From the human T2T-CHM13v2.0 reference genome, Homo sapiens, in assembly GCF_009914755.1 (NCBI RefSeq), contig NC_060933.1: a DNA stretch of 64,000 bases; one strand, written 5' to 3'. The notes below the pieces were generated by a model that was not told the origin of the DNA, searched no databases, and saw only the letters and a program-made list of their open reading frames with translations. A program made the position numbers and the translations under genes. Positions 31,278-48,899 of the stretch are shown one piece after another (positions within the stretch are counted from its first letter, which is position 1; each line of letters opens with the position of its first letter).

Positions 31278-31706
31278 TTCCTATCTATGTGAAATTTATA
31301 TTATAAAAGCATTAATTAAATGTACCAATTCATGTAAAATTTCAAGAAGGAGGTGACGAGAGATGCATGGCAGTATGTACTATCTCACATGGGCAGGGAG
31401 ATAAGGGAAGGCTTCCCAGAAGAAGCAAAGTTTAAGCTGAAATCTAAGGGTGAGTAATATTTAGTTAAAGAGGTGAGAGAATAGTGAGACAGACACTTGG
31501 GGCAACATGGTCAAAAGGCCTCAAGGCAGGAGGGAACAGGCTAAAAGAATGCCTGTGTGATCAAGCTCGATAGAGAAGTGTGGTTCAAGAAGGTAGAGAG
31601 GTGGGCAGACTATGTAGATCATGATAAGCAAATTTGACTTCATCCAAAGTAATTAAAAGATACTGAAGGTTTTGAGGTTTTTTTGTTTTTGTTTTTGTTT
31701 TTGTTT

Positions 31707-32254
31707 TGAGATAGTTTAGCAAGACTTGTTTCTCCAGATGCGGGTCACAAAGACCCCATTGATAAAATAGGATGTGGTAAGGAAACCAGCCCAAACCAGC
31801 CAGTATCAAGATGGTGATAAAAGCAACCTCTAGTTATCCTCACTGCTTATTATACACTAATTATAATAAATTAGCATGCTAAAAGAGACTAAAGAGACTC
31901 TCATAAGCACCATGATGGTTTACAGATGCCATGACAACTCACAGGAGTTACCCTATATGGTCTAAAAAGGGGAGGAACCCTCAGTTCCAAGAATTCCCTG
32001 CACCTTTCCTGGAAAACTCAATAATAATTCACCCCTTGTTTAGCATATGATCAAGAAATAACCATAAAAATAGCCAACTAGCAACCCTTGGGGCTGCTCT
32101 GCCTATGAAGTAGCCACCCTTTTATTCTTTTCCCTTCTTCATAGACTTGCTTTCACTTTACTGTCAGCTTGCTCTTGAATTCTTTTCTGCATGAAGTCAA
32201 GAACCCATGTGACCTCCCAGGTTGAGGTTCAATTTTGGGGTTCACCCTGTGACA
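31707..32254 (+). mobile_element. MER41-family ERV1 solo LTR
   Basis: TG...CA ends. ttagcatgctaaaaga, gttaccctatatggtctaaaaagggga, ccccttgtttagcatat and ggggctgctctgcctatg are MER41 hallmarks. Subfamily uncertain. Confidence 0.85.
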
Positions 32255-34430
32255 TTATAAGATACTTGATTGGTAGTTTTTGTTCTTTCAGCACCTTGAA
32301 TATTTTATCCCATTGCTTTCTGGCCTCCATTGTTTCTGATGAAAAATCATCTGTTATCTTATTGAGGTTCCCTTGAATGTGATAAGTCATTTTTCTCCTT
32401 TTTTGGGAGTCTTTCCCCCATGATTTTTGTGTAGAGTGGGGTCTTGTTATATTGCCCAGGCTGGTCTCAAACTCCTGGGCTCAAGCTATCCTCCTGCCTC
32501 TGCCTACGCCTGGCTCATTTTTCTCTTGCTGCTTTCAAATTTTTCCCTTTGAAAATTTCTCTTTCAACATTTTTACTGTCACGTGTCTGGGTGTGGATTT
32601 CTTTGCATTTGTTCTACTTGGAGCTCTTCAAACTTCTTGGATTGTAGATTTCTCTGAGCCTCTGTTTATTTTTCTTCTTTCTTTTTTCTGTTTGTTCTTT
32701 AGTCACATAATCTCTATCAGTCCATCTTCAAGTTTGCTGATTCTTCTGCTAGTTCCAATCTACTGTTGAATGTGTCTAGTGAAATTCTAATTTTAGTTAT
32801 TACACTTTCCAAATTTAGAATTCCAAATTTTCATTTGGTTAATTTTTTATAATTTATATCTGTTTACTGATCTTCTCTATTCAATGACATGTTGACATTA
32901 TACCTTTCTTTACTTCATTAAGCATGGTTTTCTTTAGTTCTTTGAACATACTTATAATGCCTGCTTTGAACACTTTGTCCATCACATCTGACATCTGGGC
33001 CATCCTTCTCAAGGCAATTCTATTGCCTGATTTACTGCCTATGTATGGGTCATGCTTTCCTGTTTCTTTGTATGTCTTTGTATAGACATTTCAGGTAATA
33101 GATTGTAGCAATTCTAGATATTGAGTACCCCCTCAACTCCAGGGCTTATTTTTGTTCCTTTTTGCTTATTTATTTAGTGACTTGCTTAGATAATTTTAAT
33201 AAAGTCTATTTCCCTCACAGTGTGAAGCCTCTGATGTTGCTCCTCAGAGGACATACACAGACTTGGACATGAACAGTAACTGTGGGGTGACAGTAGTTTC
33301 CGCAGGACTCTCTTTATCTCTCTTTCCTTGATCCCTCTGTTAAGCTACCTGCTTTTGTTAGACACTGCCTAATTGTCAGGTGATTGCTTTTTTTTTTTTT
33401 TTGGACAATGCCCTGGGACATAAATTGCTCCGCAGTCTGATCCAATTAGATTTAAACCCCAGAAAAATAGAGGTAGTTTCTAAGCCCAGTTTTTGAGGTT
33501 TGTTGTGACTCCAAGAGGATTCCTCTTAGTTGTCTCTTTCCCTGGTTCTCTCTAGTAAGCTAACTGGTCTATGGCTCAGCTTCCTGCTCCCATGGAGTTA
33601 CCAGCCTTCTCTTAACTGTTTACCACCAAAATCTCCATTGTATTTGAGAGAATTTTTAGACTTGAGCTTTCCCATATTCTACTTTAAATAAAGTCAGTTT
33701 CTTTGGGGAGAGTGTTAGAGCTCTCTGTTCTTAGGGACTTCCTCTTCTCCAGGGCAGAATATCTGAGCCACTGCCCTGAAAGTGAGGACAGGGACAGTAG
33801 CCTGCTTCTCTTGAACTGACACCCCTGCTTTACAAACAAGGTAGAAGATGGGAATGGTAGCTTCAGATCTTGTCTTGCCTCTCCTGGCATGAAACCTCCA
33901 CCCTAAAAGTAAGCTGGAACAAGGACTACTGTGACCCCAGTACTCTTGACCTCCCATGCCTAGGACAGAGCCTCCATCTATGAGTGGGAGTTGGGTGGAG
34001 GAAGGGAGCCCCTCATCCCTCAGCCACACTCACCAGGAATTTAGCTTCTGCAATTCAGAGGTGGGTGATGAAAAATGCTAGTGGCCTGCCCTTCCTAGAG
34101 TGCTACTATATCCCTTGACTAGGAGCAGAGGGGAGAGGAGCCCCATTTTCTTGGTGATATTTGACCAGATTGCAACTTCTGTCATCAGGTTGAGATGGGA
34201 AGGGAGGAGGGAGGGGGTGGGTTGTGCCAAAGATTCCTTTTGTTTCTGCCAAGATCTAATAGATTTTCTTTAATAAATGTTTCTTCATTTGCTATATGCT
34301 CTTAGGACAATTTCCAGGGATTTATAAATGATTGGGTTTTTAAAAAATATATAACGCTCAATAGTTATGGCTGACTCTGGGGAGTGGGTACATAGAGCTC
34401 CTTACACTGCTGTTCCACAAGTGGAACTTC
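32255..34430 (-). mobile_element. Old L1M 5'/ORF1-region fragment, with a short Alu/FLAM at 32400-32514
   Basis: T-rich antisense L1 signature: ctttcagcaccttgaatatt...ttctggcctccattgtttctgatga. Confidence 0.7.
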
Positions 34431-35320
34431 TGAGAGGCTTAAGGAGGGGATTTAATGATCAAAAGATCCTTCTGACTATTGGGTGAAGAATGGATCAAAG
34501 GGAGATCAAAGTATAAGCAGAAACACCAGTTAGAGGATACATTGAGTTGTCCGAAAGAGAAAGAAAAGTAGTGACTAAAGAGGTGGTGTGAAAATGGCAA
34601 AATAACGACCACATCTTTTGTTTATCATTGTAATTCTAGCACCCAGCACATGGTGGGCACTTAATAAATACTTGTTGAGTGAAAGAGTGACTGCTACCCA
34701 CCTTAGAACTAAACCTTTACATTATCAAGCTTCTCATCATTGACTTCTCTTTTGCTCTGTTGCTGGATTATGGTAAGACTTGTTTTGTGGAAAGGCTGAA
34801 AAATTATAGTAGAAATTCTAGTATATGAAGAAGCCTTTGTGTAGGCTGACATGAGTCACCTCATCTGAGCCAGGAAAGCTTTTCAGAAGATAAAACATTT
34901 CATCAGGTCCTGAAGTGTGACACTGGTGATGCTATAGAAGAAAAGGGGGGAAATCTCAAACTCTGCTATGTTTTGTTAGACAAAAGCAACATCTTAATTA
35001 GCAGAAAATCTCTGGAATATTTGTCACATTTATAATTCTAGTAAATTTATCTGTTTCCTTTCCTTGGTGTCCTTAAATGTAAACTAAGAAGGTTAAATTA
35101 GCTGATCTGTACGGATTCAGCAGCTCTAACGTTCTAAGAGTCTATGCATCCATGAATGAAAGTCTGCAAGGAATAAATAACGAAAGGAACAAAATGCTCT
35201 TCCTACCTGGATTATGTATTGTTTCCTTTTTCCCCTTGAATTTCACACACATGAAATTATAGTCTAGAAGAGAACAGATAAAACATAGTTTTATTGAGCA
35301 AATAATCACTATTTCAGTAA

Positions 35321-35642
<322 letters not shown>

Positions 35643-36299
35643 CACTTCAGCAACATCTAAATGAATAAACACAAATCCAATCTTCTGCCTCTTTCCTGTA
35701 CTTATTTGATTTCAAATAATAATTTCCATTTTCAAACGCTTTAAAAATTTTTGGTGGTCAATGGATTATTTGAAACTCATTAGATACATGAGCACCCTCT
35801 GAAACACACATAGAAAAATATATATACCCTCATGTATCCATGCAACTTGAAGAGGTTTCCCAAACCTTAAGGGCCCTGGGTTCCAGAGTAAGTTTATATT
35901 GTAATTTACAATTTAAAAAGGGCATTTTGTATCTTGCTTAACACACAACTCTGTAAGTAAAGCAATATTAACTTCATCTTACATATGAAGAAATTGGAAC
36001 TTAGAAGCGTTTACCATTCATCTTTTTCCAGGAAGGTAAGAGAAAACACTGAGGCTGCTTTTTTTCCCAGAGTGCTGATAGCCTCCCATGGCAAGGGAGA
36101 AGGAAATCAAAGCCAATCTCCATCCCAAATAGAATCTCGAAGGAGGGACCCCTTCACTCCAATGAAGATAGGGTACCAAAGGTTTATACCTCTCCCCTAC
36201 TCCAAGGGCTACAAGAAAAATACCTTGTTGCTAAGCCTAAGAGAGAGGGAAAAGGACTGAAAAGCTTCGACAAGTTAATCATCACTCAAATTTGCAGCC

Positions 36300-36673
36300 T
36301 ACAGACACATCACTGAATTTGATTAGTCAAAAAAAATTGTCAGCTTCTGAATTTATTTAAAAATTGTTCTGAATTGTTAATGCCTTTGAACACCAAATAA
36401 TCAAATACGTATCCACTCTAGAGGAAAACACCTTTATCCTAGACCAGAAAAAAAACCCACATATCATTTTTCAGATAAATAAGCAGCACACAGTCAAAAA
36501 TAATCAAGCACACAAGCAAGATACCATGAACAAGAACTTTTAGAAACCACAGAACAAATAGAAAATATACCAGATTTTCACATATTTCTGATGTTGGAAT
36601 TATGAGACTTAGGCTATAGAACAACATACTTACAACAACTATGCCTATTTTTTTAAGAGCTGGGGAAGGAGGT

Positions 36674-36726
<53 letters not shown>

Positions 36727-37440
36727 TTTAATACTTGGAGAAAGCTCACTTCTGACTGGAGAAAAAGTATAAGGGATAAAGTAACCTAACAAATTTGAAA
36801 AAGAACCAAAATGAATGTCTATAAATACAAATTATAATAACCAAAATTAAATACTGAATAACATTAAATATAACTGAAGACAGAATAAGTAAACTAAATG
36901 TAGGTTAGAAAAAATTATTCACAATATCACAAGAGATAAAAATAAGGAAACTATGAGCATTCAGAGACATGAAGTGTAGAACAAGGTCTGATGTACACTC
37001 CACTGAAGCTCCACAAGGAGAAGGAGACAGAATGGTTGTTAATTTTCTTATAGCTCTTTATTTTTTATTATAAAATTATTTAAGCATACATGAAAGAAAA
37101 AAGTAGATAATAGTACTATAAACTGTATATGCCTATTACCCAGACTTCACAGTTATCAAGATTTTGCCACATTTGTTTATTTTCTTTCTTTATTTTTATT
37201 TCCTTCTTTGTTAAAATATGTTAAAGCCATTCCCAGATGTCATATTGTTTTGCTTTTATAGGCAATATTTGAATTTTGAATTGCTAGGAATTTTCTAAGA
37301 CTAATAAAAGGTACTACCCACACAGATTCAAAAATCCCAACCATTCCCAAGCAGGATAAGCAAAAATAAATCCACATCTGGACACTGTACAGAAACTTCA
37401 GAATATCAAGACAAAGAGAAACTCTAAAAAGCAGCCATGG
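36300..37440 (+). mobile_element. Degraded L1M fragments
   Basis: A-rich, ORF1-like cagattcaaaaatccca...cccaagcaggataag...aaatccacatctggacac. Confidence 0.5.
36678..36726. repeat. (TG)n microsatellite
   Basis: Seen directly, one interruption. Confidence 0.95.
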
Positions 37441-38390
37441 GTTTACATAACTTGCTCAAGGCCATGCAGCTAATAAATGACAGAGTCAAGCCTCCTTTCA
37501 GGGCCTATTTATTTCTAAATTCAGCATCTTCCCTTAATAGTACACTAAACCTCTATACTAAACTCATTGCTTGGGTATCATTCAGAGAATTGATATACTT
37601 ACCTTAATAAACATATCTCTCAGTATATTTTTCTTTTACAGTAATTTCTTCTAACCTATTTTTAGTTTTCTTATTCTGTCTTCAGTTATATTTAATGTTA
37701 TATTTACATTCTCCTTCAGAATTGGGACCAGAAAGAACTAACATTCAGTCTCTTACTGGTGGGTTTTTACCTAAGGATTAAGAGTAGGCAGAGACCCTAC
37801 AGCTCAATGACTTTAAGTCTTCATTTTATAGATGAGAAAACTGGGTCCTAAGTGAACAGACTTGGCTGAGGATAACAGCTAACATATCATTGCCCAGACA
37901 TACAGGAAGCTTATGCTTGTGATGGAAACGGCTAACCATGTCCAAAATTTCTCAGAGAGCTAGTACACAGAAGGAATTTTTTTTGAAGTTAGAAAAAAAA
38001 TTTCATCTGATCTGAAAAAGTTGGGCTTGTCAATATTTCTTTAATTTCCTAATGAGAGAAATAAATTGGTTATCCTTAAAACAAGCAGTTGTAGAAGTAA
38101 ATGAATGCCTTCACCCTGGTAAGGTTGGGAGCAATCAAAGAGTTGGTGGAGTAAAAGCCACTAACAGTTGAGGATTAAAGGAACCGTGGGAGAAGACAAA
38201 ATGACATTTAATTCCAGCCTAGACCAGATATTGTTGGAAAGCGTGAGCTGTACAGAACATTTTAATCAGACTTTGTAACTTTGTATGTAAGATCAGGATT
38301 CAGCGATTGGTGAGTTGAAGATTCACCAAAAATTACCAACATTTTAAAAATAACTTCTTTTTAATTTTTAGAAGTTATACATGCTTATTA

Positions 38391-38820
<430 letters not shown>

Positions 38821-39552
38821 TCAATAACTCAGTAAATAAAAGTTATACCAGTAACTAATGATACATTGCTAATGTATCATTTTCTTCTCATCTTTCTTCT
38901 ATGCACATAAATATGTTTTTACTATCACCGTGATAAACACCCTCATTCATAAATCTTTGACCATAATTTTGTTTATTTCCTTTGAATAAGCTCCTAGAAG
39001 CGAGGATATAAAGGTAAGAGCTTTGTACAGTTCACGATATATTACCAAACTGACTTTCAGAATGGTTGTAACAAACTACATTTCTAAGAACTTTATTCAA
39101 AGTGGAGTCCCACACAAGAGGATTTGTTTGTTCAGCTATGGTAAAGCATATGATGGACTATTATGTAGCCATTGAAAATCATACTTTTGAATCCTATATA
39201 AGATGCGGAAAATGCTTACACTGTAACATTAGGTTAAAAAGTAGGATACAAAACATTATACACAACACGATCCGAATTTTGTTCAAAAAACTACATATAC
39301 ATTTAGAAAACACACATACGTATACACATAAAATAAACTGAAAGGCCAAACACCAAAATATTAATAATGGTCAGCGGGGAACACAGAGTTGTTGTAAAAC
39401 AGCAGAGTTGTTAAGAGATTAGGCTTCCAGTCAAACAGAGCTGTGTCTGAATCCTGGCCTGCCACTTACAAGCTCAGGTTTACAACCTTGAGCTACTTCT
39501 GTAACTTCTATAGGACTCAGTAACCTCCTCTAAAAAAAAATATGAAAAATGT

Positions 39553-39867
<315 letters not shown>

Positions 39868-40016
39868 CTACTTCATAGGTTCCCAGGAAGGATTAAAATA
39901 AATGGAATGAATGTAGGACTCCTGAGATAGAGTAATCAATAAATGATAGTTATTTTTGTCTTTTGGATAGCATGACTATAGGGGGTTTTATTGTCTTTGG
40001 TATACCTCTTTTTACA

Positions 40017-40730
<714 letters not shown>

Positions 40731-40906
40731 TAAGTAATATTTCCATGTCATTGTTTCTCTCTCTGCAAAAAAAAAAAAGAAAAGAAAAGAAAGAAAAAAG
40801 TAAAATTCTAGGAACCTCTCAAGTTTTAAAAGACCTGTAGTGAAATAATAGTAGTTTACAGGTATGCAATTCTTACTATCTGCCAGGAACTATGCACTGG
40901 TATTCC

Positions 40907-41815
40907 AAGGGCAGAGCAGTGGAAGAGCCTAGTCTGGTGCAACAATAGGGGGTGAATTGTCTGCAGACAATGTGAAAAAGCAATAAAACCTCATTTGTCT
41001 GCTTTTTATTATCACCATGTGCCCATAATTTTAAACAATGTTGGCCAGGCACAGTGACTCATACCTGTAATCCCAACATTGCAGTCCAGCCTGAGCAACA
41101 GAACAAGACCCCAAATGAGAAAACAAAACAAAACAAAAAGCAATGTCAGTAATAAAAATACTCTTCCTTAAAAAAAAATTTGGTTGATCTACCTTCAAAA
41201 CTATTGAATTTTAATAATGTGGTGTGTGTGTATATATACATACTTATAGATATATATTATATATATCTAATACTTATATTTATATGTGTGTATATATATG
41301 CTTCAAATTAGCAAACATTACTTATGTCTTACCAAGCATTATATTCTACATGGAAACAAATCCAGACAACCACTAGTTATGCATCCACCCAGACACACGT
41401 GGACATGGCTGCATGGGCTTGCTTCAAGAGTAAGTTCATAATGGTTAGGAACTGTTCAAACTCATTGAGGTCATTGTTCATGTCCCAAATCCCTGTAGTA
41501 CAATATATCTCTACACTTAAACAGTAGACATAAATAATGATAGCACGGTGTTTCTCAAGACGAAGAAGTAAAACTGGATTAATTCAATTTAATCATGCTA
41601 TATGACAATTTGTACATTTAATTTGGGTTTAAAAATTTAAAAAGTGAAACAGTATAAACTGCAAGGTGTAATACCTTTAGACAGTATACATTTCAGTTCA
41701 TACAAAACATACATTTTCATTTTTAAAAATTGAAATGTATTATTTTAAATTGTTCATTGCTTCTAACTAAAGAATAAGAAAATGATGATTACTGTTAATA
41801 GTTTTGTCATTCTCG
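40907..41815. mobile_element. hAT-Tip100 (Arthur1-like) DNA transposon relic containing a collapsed Alu (41043-41139)
   Basis: gtctgctttttattatcaccatg...aaacaatgtcagt(a)ataaaa resembles my recollection of the Arthur1 consensus. Confidence 0.5.
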
Positions 41816-42242
41816 TGTCAAGCATGCCAGACACACCATTGTAACCTTGCAAAGTGCTCTCCCTCATTTAATAATCATGATGCAATGTCATAGATGAGGA
41901 GTTCTGAGAACTTCTGTAGCTTGGGCAGGGTCCCATAGCTAGAATTTGCTGGACTGGTTATCAGTCCCACAGTTGTCTCACTCCTAAGCCCAAGATTGTA
42001 ACCAGTGCGTCAAGATGTTTGAGTTGCTAACAACAAAGGCAAAGTGAGGAATAAAGGTTTTTGAGCTTCAGGTTCATTTTGAAAAAGGAGACTTGCTTCA
42101 AGGAAGTTCATTACTTTTGCCAAGAACCTCGGTTTTTAGATTGTCAATTATCTGTACCAATACTCTCCTAAGCAATTACCCAGGGGCGTGAAGGAGTTTA
42201 TGCACCTTTCCATAGGAAGCAATTTACTTTCCTTTCTCAGGA

Positions 42243-42243
<1 letters not shown>

Positions 42244-42281
<38 letters not shown>
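42244..42281 (+). repeat. A38 homopolymer
   Basis: Seen directly. Confidence 0.95.
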
Positions 42282-42284
<3 letters not shown>

Positions 42285-42815
42285 CCATTAGCCTTCTAAC
42301 AAAGGCATTTTCTCATGTCACATAATAGAAATTTAATTTTTTTCTAAATAATGTTAAAATAATAAAGAGGATCTATTTTTGGAGTTGAGACAAGGATGTA
42401 ATAATGAGCCAAATGGGCTTTCTCAATAGGTTAATACCTGAAGGCACTGGTGCTCACTCTGTATTACATGTGCCTTGACATTTACTTCCTAGAGAGGTGC
42501 CAACATTTACAGTGTTTTTAAATGCAAGACTGCTCTCAAGCCACAACTTTTAATTCCAATGTGACATTATCCTTTCCTTTCCCCTGAAGTCATGAATGAG
42601 TTGTGGTTGGCAACACATGAAGAAAATTGCTGATATCAGGAAAAGGTCTGGTAATAGAATCAGAATTTAAATGCTGGGAAGTGTTGGGATCAGGTTACTA
42701 AATCTTTTCTCTGGCAAAATTTCAACTAGAACTTTCAGCAGAAAGTCTCACTATGGAAGGCCTTACATTTCCAGGAAGGTACTTGTGTTGGCAGAAAGAG
42801 GGGCTAGAAGAATAA

Positions 42816-43233
<418 letters not shown>

Positions 43234-43529
43234 GAAAAATTGCTTTTAGCAGAGGCTGAGGGACTTGCCCAAGGTCTCATAACTAGTAGATGGTAAAATG
43301 GATATGTTAGCTCAATTGTCTCAAGTCTAGGGCTTTTCCCATCATGCTACAGTTGCCTCTCCACACTATGGCCACTTCCATGTCCAACATGGCATTATCA
43401 AGTTATGAAAAGAAATCACATGGACTATGGCATCAGACAGCTTGAGTTTGGACGCTAACCTTGCTACTTAATAGCTATTGGACAGTGTACAAATTATCTC
43501 TTGGAGCAGTGACAATGGCAATGCTTACC

Positions 43530-44230
<701 letters not shown>

Positions 44231-44555
44231 TTTTTATATCTCATTTGACTAATCTCTAAAATAGTAATAATAATTTTTACTTAATAGACTTACTGTAAGG
44301 ATGAAGCAGGACTTTTATATGTTATACCTGAATACATTATCAGTCTACCAAGAGGTAAGAAAAAAGTTGAATATATGGCAATCTTGGTGACTTGTTATCT
44401 GTTTTTTTTTTCCCAAAATTATAGGAAACTGGACTACATGATCTTCAAAGATTCTGTGCCAGCAACTGCAATGTCCTGCTACTTCTCAACTCTACATTTC
44501 TCTTTACCTCAGAATTTGGTTATTCAGGTGTTCAACCCAGATTTATCAGTGATTA

Positions 44556-45062
<507 letters not shown>

Positions 45063-46156
45063 CTAGTGACAGTCATGAGCAGGCCCTTTGGGAGGGGAAC
45101 AGCATGTCATTTTTGCTTTAGTACTCTTTTAAAATGTCTTTCTACATCCCTGCAACTAGCTGAGGGGGAGTAAGAGAGCAAAACTGTCAGACCAGCAGCA
45201 TCTTAATTATGGAGATTAGAAATATTTTATGCAATTGACACAGCCTCTCCTAAATTACATAGTATTAGGGAAAACGACTCTGTCTAGCACCAATGAAAAA
45301 GGAAGAAAGGACATCTCTGAGAAAGAACAGGTGGATTTTGACAGTTTGTCCAATAAAATAATAATAGGGAAAGAAACTTCAAAAACCAAGCCAATAGTAC
45401 ACTTTTCATTGCCTTACACAAATCTCTTAACAGGACTTGAGGGAAGCTGGGAATGATTGTAGCTAAACTTCAAATTGCTAGTCCAGCAATGTGTGCAGAC
45501 CCTGTAGCCCGCTCTGCCTCCCCATTCCTCCATGTTGTTCTGTAGCACCACACTAGGAGACAAACTATTGGAGCACTTGGGAAGTGAGTAAGTTGGTGGT
45601 CAAGTCAGGCTTAATTTCCAAGGAGTCTATGTCCTTTGCTCAGTGGGAGAAATATCAGTTAGTATCCCCGAAGTGGTACCTTGGTATTCTCAAAAAGTTC
45701 AATTACTTCCCAAGGCCTAGTAATTTCCTGCCAGGCACAGAGCATCTGGTTCTATAAGAATTGAGGCCCACTGAAAGCATTCCGAAGACTGAAGGCTTTG
45801 GTAAGGAATATGGAAGACTCCTGTCAATCATACTTAGGCACCATTTTTCTGAATTGGAGAGTTGATGAGTAGGGGCATAGCTCTAACACCTACTGTTTTT
45901 ATTGTTTAAGCTTTCCTCCCTTTAGTCCTCCCTGTAAGATACCACCATAGTGATCATTTTAAAGCAAAAAGCCTACCGTATTACTACTTTACTCAAAACC
46001 CTCTGAATTTCTCTTATCTGTTAGGAGGTACAAATTCCAAGGCCTATGAATGCCAGAGGGTAATGTAGATAGGAAAAACTGGCCCCTGTCAGAAGAGACT
46101 TTAGAGAGTGTTTGAAACTGTGACAAACAGAAGAGCTCAAGCCAAGATCTCCCAAC

Positions 46157-47296
<1,140 letters not shown>

Positions 47297-47559
47297 GCAA
47301 TAGATCTTATTGATTTCTAAGCCTGCACCTTTGCTTAAGTCATTTTATACCTGAGAGTTCTCTTTTTCTCCCATCATCTTCACTTATCCAAAGCTACGTG
47401 TTAAGGACCAGCTGAAACACAATTTATGAAGCCTTTCCTAATCATTGCATTTGTGACCTGTTCTTTCCCTGTACTCTGGACACTGTATATGTTCTTCATG
47501 ATTAACAGGTCATTCAGGAGAACCCCCTCCCTGTCCTTAATAAAATAAAATGTTTTATA

Positions 47560-48597
47560 ATATTAAAATATTTAAATATAGTTTTTTTAAGTACATGCTT
47601 TTGTCAAAACTACAAAAAATTCAAAAGTTATAATTCAGAACATGTCTCTCTTCTGTCTGGTTCTATTTCACCACGATTTATCCCCACCTCTTCTCCAAAG
47701 GTTACTGCTGTTAACAGATTGGTACATATTCCTCACAACCTCATCTACACAAACATGCACACACGTGCTTGTGCACACACAGTTTACATCACACACACAC
47801 AACGATTGACATGAACAGGATTCCATCATAATCCTGTTTTGTAAACTACTGTTTTTAGTTGATGGTATATTTTAGTTATGCATAGCCCATGTCATTAAAT
47901 ACAGATTGCTCTTACTTTTTAACAGTTGCATAGTGCTTCCTATTATTTAAGCAATTACTTAACCAATCTTCTGTTTATGGAAATTTAGTTTTCTCTCAAT
48001 TTGTCCTTATTAAAAACAAAACTGTATTGCTGTTGGATATTCTCAGGGTAAGAACTGCTGGGTTAAAAGAATACACCTTTTACATTTTGATACAAATTCT
48101 TAAACTTCTCCCCAGAAAGAGGGTAACTATTTATATCACCATTAATCATGTATAGAGTACTGTGACCTTCTCTCACACTGGTTATTATTAAGCTTTTAAA
48201 TCTTTGCCAATTTGCTAGGTGAGGAATGATGTCTCCTAATTTTTAAGCTTACAGTTTTATTATTAGTAAGGCTGAGCAACATTTCACGTTTTATTAGTTC
48301 TTGTATTTCTTTCACTGTGGATTTTGTCTGTTATGTCCTTTACTCATATTTCTGTGGAGTGGGTTTTTTTTTCTTTTTTCTTTTGGTTTTAAATAGGAGC
48401 TTCTTGTGTATTATGTAAACCTTTACATAGACTTTGCAAGTATTATTTATCTCTTTGTCATTTGTATTCATTTTGTAGTATCTTTTGCATGTAGGAGTTT
48501 TAAAATGTTTATGTAGTTAATCCTATCTGTCTTTTACTATGGTATTAGGTTAGTGTTATCCAAAGAAAAGCCTTTTATAATTCCAATATTAGAAAAA
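47560..48597 (-). mobile_element. Old L1M 3'-region fragment
   Basis: aatctttgccaatttgctaggtga...aggctgagcaacatttcacg antisense L1 signature. Confidence 0.65.
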
Positions 48598-48899
48598 TTA
48601 TTATTATTATTATTTTTTGACAAAATTTGGCTCTATTGCCTAGGCTGCAGTGCAGTGGTGCCATCTTGGCTTACTGCAACCTCTGCCTCCCAGGCTCAAG
48701 CCATCTTCCCATCTTCAGCCTCCTGAGTAGCTGGGACTACAGATGCACACCACGACGCTCGGCTAATTTTTGTATATTTTGTAGAGACAGGATTTCGCCA
48801 TGTTGCCTAGGCTGGTCTTGAACTCATGAGCTCAAGAGATCTGCCTGCCTCAGCCTCCCAAAGTGCTGGGATTACAGGTATGAGCCACTGTGCCCAGCC
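48598..48899 (-). mobile_element. AluJ
   Basis: Diverged antisense Alu. Confidence 0.92.

Noticed and set aside
32255-34430. Possible intact L1 or ERV coding capacity next to the MER41 LTR
   Set aside because: The L1 sequence is heavily degraded with no long ORF, and the LTR is solo with no gag/pol sequence.
34852-34858. Isolated AP-1 motif TGAGTCA (others near 13245, 15592, 21029, 57137)
   Set aside because: Single 7-mers at about chance frequency with no clustering.
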